Positions 60,663-64,000 of a DNA stretch of 64,000 nucleotides are shown one piece after another; within the stretch, counting starts at the first letter, position 1; each line of letters begins with the position of its first letter. Under the pieces are notes generated by a model, which was not told where the DNA came from, ran no database searches, and saw nothing but the letters and a program-made list of their open reading frames with translations. The translations under genes and the position numbers were made by a program. The stretch comes from Thermodesulfobacteriota bacterium. Lineage in GTDB: Bacteria; Desulfobacterota; Desulfobulbia; Desulfobulbales; SURF-16. The DNA lies in assembly GCA_040755455.1 (NCBI GenBank), contig JBFMAY010000005.1, forward strand, positions 49,990 through 113,989, in the 5' to 3' direction.

Positions 60663-61937
60663 TTACCACTTAATTTCAAAGCGTTTTCTGAGAAAGACCG
60701 CTGCGGCGTTCATCAGGAAGAGAAAGGCCAGCAGCACCATGATGGCGGCCGAGGTCTTTTCCACAAAGGCCCGTTCCGGGCTGTCGGACCAGAGATAGAT
60801 CTGCACGGGCAGAACGGTGGCCGGATCGGTGATGCCATGGGGGATATCGACAATAAATGCCACCATGCCCACCATCAGCAGGGGGGCTGTTTCGCCAAGG
60901 GCGTGGGCCATGCCGATAATGGTGCCGGTCAGCATGCCCGGCAGGGCCAGGGGCAGAACATGATGGGCGACCATCTGCATTTTTGAGGCGCCGATGCCCA
61001 GCGCCGCCTCCCGGATGGAAGGGGGAACCGATTTCAGCGAGGCGCGGCTGGCGATGATGATGATCGGCAGGGTCATCAGGGTGAGCACCAGGCCGCCGAC
61101 CACGGGGGTTGAGCGGGGCATGCCGAAAAAGTTGATGAAAACGGCAAGTCCCAGCAGACCGTAGACGATGGAGGGGACAGCGGCCAGGTTGTTGATGTTG
61201 ACCTCAATGATATCCGTCCACCTGTTTTTCGGGGCAAATTCCTCCAGATAAACCGCGGCGGCAACCCCGATGGGAAAGGACAGGGACAGGGTGATCAACA
61301 GGGTGTAGAATGAGCCGCAGGTTGCGCCCCAAATGCCGGCAAGTTCCGGCTCCCGTGAATCACCGGACTTAAAGAACGCCGTGTTGAAGGTTTTTTTGAT
61401 TTTTCCTTCGCCTGCCAGTTTATCCAGCCAGGCGAGCTGCCTGTCGTTCACCCGCCGCTCGGTTTCAGGCCGTGTTCTGTCGATGTTGCCTTTTAACAGC
61501 ATGTCCACATCATCATTGGCCCCAACCCAGACCTGGGTTGTTTGCCCGATGAGGGCCGGGTTATTTTTGACCAGCTCCATGAGCTGAAAGGAAGCGCCCG
61601 GACTGACCAGATAGTAGAGATCCTTTTTGTCACTCCTTGCGGTCACATCCGGGAACATGGAACTGAGAGATGTCTTGATCAGGCCGGGGAAATTGGCTGT
61701 GGCAAGGTTTTCATTGATGAATTCGGCCGGGTCAAAAAAGACCTCGATCTTGATGAACGTCTGCTGGAATGCCTTGTAACCTCCTGATATAATGGAGAAA
61801 AAAAGCAGCAACAGAAAGCAGAGCGCCGTCATGATTGCGGCGGCACCGCATATCCTGAAACGCCGTTCGGCACGGTAGCGGCGTTTGAGTCCCTTGTTCA
61901 CCTTGGCAATGGTTGGGTTGGTTGCCGGATGATCCAT
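60663..61937 (-). CDS. pstA: Phosphate ABC transporter permease PstA
   Basis: NLAAVPSIVYGLLGL, REAALGIGAS, GETAPL, LPVQIY.W. Confidence 0.95.
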   Translation of the reverse strand: MDHPATNPTIAKVNKGLKRRYRAERRFRICGAAAIMTALCFLLLLFFSIISGGYKAFQQTFIKIEVFFDPAEFINENLATANFPGLIKTSLSSMFPDVTARSDKKDLYYLVSPGASFQLMELVKNNPALIGQTTQVWVGANDDVDMLLKGNIDRTRPETERRVNDRQLAWLDKLAGEGKIKKTFNTAFFKSGDSREPELAGIWGATCGSFYTLLITLSLSFPIGVAAAVYLEEFAPKNRWTDIIEVNINNLAAVPSIVYGLLGLAVFINFFGMPRSTPVVGGLVLTLMTLPIIIIASRASLKSVPPSIREAALGIGASKMQMVAHHVLPLALPGMLTGTIIGMAHALGETAPLLMVGMVAFIVDIPHGITDPATVLPVQIYLWSDSPERAFVEKTSAAIMVLLAFLFLMNAAAVFLRKRFEIKW

Positions 61938-61958
61938 AATAAACCTCGGTAAACCTTT

Positions 61959-63347
61959 TTATTCGTATTGTTCCCTGTACTTGCGCACGACATACAGGGC
62001 AATGATGTTCAGCACCAGGGTCAAGACAAAAAGAAGCAGGCCCAGGGCGAAAGCGGCCAGGGTTTTCGGGCTGTCAAATTCCTGATCACCGACCAGCAGG
62101 GTGACGATCTGCACGGTGACGGTGGTGACCGCCTTCAGCGGGTTGGCCGTCAGGTTGGCGGAGAGCCCGGCGGCCATGACGACAATCATGGTTTCGCCGA
62201 TGGCCCTTGACACGGCGAGCAGGACCCCGCCGACAATCCCCGGCAGCGCGGCGGGGATAATCACATTGCTGATGGTCTCATATTTCGTCGCCCCCAGGGC
62301 CAGCGAGCCGTCCCGCATGGTCTGGGGTACGGCATGGATGACATCGTCGGACAGCGATGAGACAAAGGGAATGATCATGATGCCCATAACCAGCCCCGCG
62401 GCCAGGGCGCTTTCCGAGGATACGGACAGGCCGATTATGCCGCCGGTGTCGCGAATGAAGGGGGCCACGGTGAGGGCGGCGAAAAAACCGTAAACAACCG
62501 TGGGAATGCCGGCCAGAATTTCAAGAAGCGGTTTGGCGATGGTCCGGAAGCGTTTGCCCGCGTACTCGGACAGGTAAATTGCCGACATGAGCCCGATGGG
62601 CACGGCAACAAGCATGGCGATCAAGGCGATCATGGCCGTGCCGGCGAAAACAGGCACGGCGCCGAAGGCCCCTGAAGAACCCACCTGATCACTGCGGATG
62701 GAGGTCTGGGGACTCCAGGAGAGGCCGAAGAGAAAATCTTTTAAAGGTATGACCTTGAAAAAGCGTATTGCCTCAAAAAGAACGGACAGGACAATGCCCA
62801 CCGTGATGAGGATGGCGATGGCCGAACTGAGGAAAAGTAAAAGCTGCAGGAGCTTTTCCACCTTGTTCCGCGCCTTTACTGCCGGCGATATCCTGTTGCG
62901 GATGCTGATGCCCGCAGCCACCATGAACGCCAGAATAATGGCGCTCATGGCATTTATGGAAATCGCCTGCAGGGAACGATAGTGCTCCGCGGCCTGCAGG
63001 ATGTGGGGGCCGGGTGAGCCTGAAGTAATGTTGCCGGCAATAATATTTTTGATGTCGTTAATGATCAGGCTCAGTTTGCTCGCCGGAAGACTGCTGATAT
63101 CGGCCGGCAGACCGGCGACAACCAGCGAGGTAATGATGGGGGATTCCGCCGCATTCCAGACGGCGAAAACGAGCAGGGCCGGCAGGGCGCACCACAGTGC
63201 GGTCCACATGCCGTAATGGCTGGGCAGGGAATGCAGTCCTTTGACCCCGCCGCAGTTTCTGGCAACGGCAAAGGCCCTGGAACGTCCTAAAAAGTATGCA
63301 CCGAAAGCTAGAACAACGATGGTGGTGAGCAGGTAGGAGGTTCGCAT
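61959..63347 (-). CDS. pstC: Phosphate ABC transporter permease PstC
   Basis: LEILAGIPTVVYGFF, SLALGAT..ET, SRAIGETMIV.MA. Confidence 0.95.
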   Translation of the reverse strand: MRTSYLLTTIVVLAFGAYFLGRSRAFAVARNCGGVKGLHSLPSHYGMWTALWCALPALLVFAVWNAAESPIITSLVVAGLPADISSLPASKLSLIINDIKNIIAGNITSGSPGPHILQAAEHYRSLQAISINAMSAIILAFMVAAGISIRNRISPAVKARNKVEKLLQLLLFLSSAIAILITVGIVLSVLFEAIRFFKVIPLKDFLFGLSWSPQTSIRSDQVGSSGAFGAVPVFAGTAMIALIAMLVAVPIGLMSAIYLSEYAGKRFRTIAKPLLEILAGIPTVVYGFFAALTVAPFIRDTGGIIGLSVSSESALAAGLVMGIMIIPFVSSLSDDVIHAVPQTMRDGSLALGATKYETISNVIIPAALPGIVGGVLLAVSRAIGETMIVVMAAGLSANLTANPLKAVTTVTVQIVTLLVGDQEFDSPKTLAAFALGLLLFVLTLVLNIIALYVVRKYREQYE

Positions 63348-63355
63348 GGTTTCAA

Positions 63356-64000
63356 TCAGCTTCGTACGCGGATGATTTCGCCTTCAACAAGGTAGATGAC
63401 CTCTTCGGCAATGTTTGTCGCCCGGTCGGCAATACGTTCAAGATGACGGGCCAGGAGATAGTTGTTGATCATGCAGCCCGGATGTTCCGGGTAAAGCGAT
63501 AACATCTTCACTACAGCATCATATGCCTGGTTGCGCAGGGCATTGACCTTATCCTCGATGAGGAAAATCTGTCTGGCCATGGCGGCATCACGATGAACAA
63601 GGGCGTCAAGGCTCATTTTCAGCATGTTGATGACATTTTCCGACATCTCGCTATAATCAAAGGCGCCCTTCATGACCGAGGTGCTCTGCGAGATTACATC
63701 GACCCGTTTGGCGATATTGACCGCCATATCACCGATCCGTTCAATCTCATTGTTGACCTTGATGACCGTGATGAGAAATCTCAGGTCACTTGCCACGGGC
63801 TGGTGCAGGGCCAGGATTTTCAGGCAGTCTTCCTCGATCTCCACTTCCATGTCGTCAATCTGGTAATCCGAGCGTATGATGGATTTAACCAGCTCCTCGT
63901 CATGGGTTTCGATCACGGTGACAGCCTTGCGGACCCGATCCTCAACCATGGTCACCATGGTCAGCAGCTTCTGGTTCAGTTTTTCAAGCTCGGAGTGAAA
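63356..64000 (-). CDS. phoU: Phosphate signalling protein PhoU (5' end just outside window)
   Basis: QPVASDLR, EIERIGD.AVNIA, LERIADRATNIAEEV; frame stays open to the window end (FHSELEKLNQKLLT). Confidence 0.95.
   Translation of the reverse strand, partial: FHSELEKLNQKLLTMVTMVEDRVRKAVTVIETHDEELVKSIIRSDYQIDDMEVEIEEDCLKILALHQPVASDLRFLITVIKVNNEIERIGDMAVNIAKRVDVISQSTSVMKGAFDYSEMSENVINMLKMSLDALVHRDAAMARQIFLIEDKVNALRNQAYDAVVKMLSLYPEHPGCMINNYLLARHLERIADRATNIAEEVIYLVEGEIIRVRS

Overview
GC-rich chromosomal region of a deltaproteobacterium; gene content suggests Desulfobacterota, probably Desulfobulbales (inference). It is mostly housekeeping and signalling genes: typA, uup, mrp-MBL-selB-hflX, ntrY/ntrX-like pair, clpX-like ATPase, hemB, a chemotaxis operon (MCP-cheW-cheA-cheR-cheD-cheB-HEAT/REC), ttcA, hisB, tRNA-Gly, rplM-rpsI, argC-truA-aminotransferase, a pst/phoU phosphate operon and several c-di-GMP proteins. 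The most interesting items are: (1) a KAP P-loop NTPase fused to an FGE/CLec domain whose last ~110 nt carry the codon signature of a diversity-generating retroelement (DGR) variable region, with no reverse transcriptase or template repeat visible here, so it is a candidate remote hypermutated sensor; (2) a SidJ-like pseudokinase (glutamylase fold) overlapping a DUF89/ARMT1 gene just upstream of the chemotaxis operon; (3) an IS200-type HUH transposase domain lacking the catalytic-Tyr helix, fused to a Cys-rich domain and embedded in a housekeeping operon; (4) a sigma-54 promoter plus terminator enclosing a ~180-nt GGA-rich candidate sRNA; (5) hflX apparently starting at ATA; (6) a stand-alone mini-protein resembling the FliF C-terminus. 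All family assignments come from motif recognition by eye; no database searches were run.
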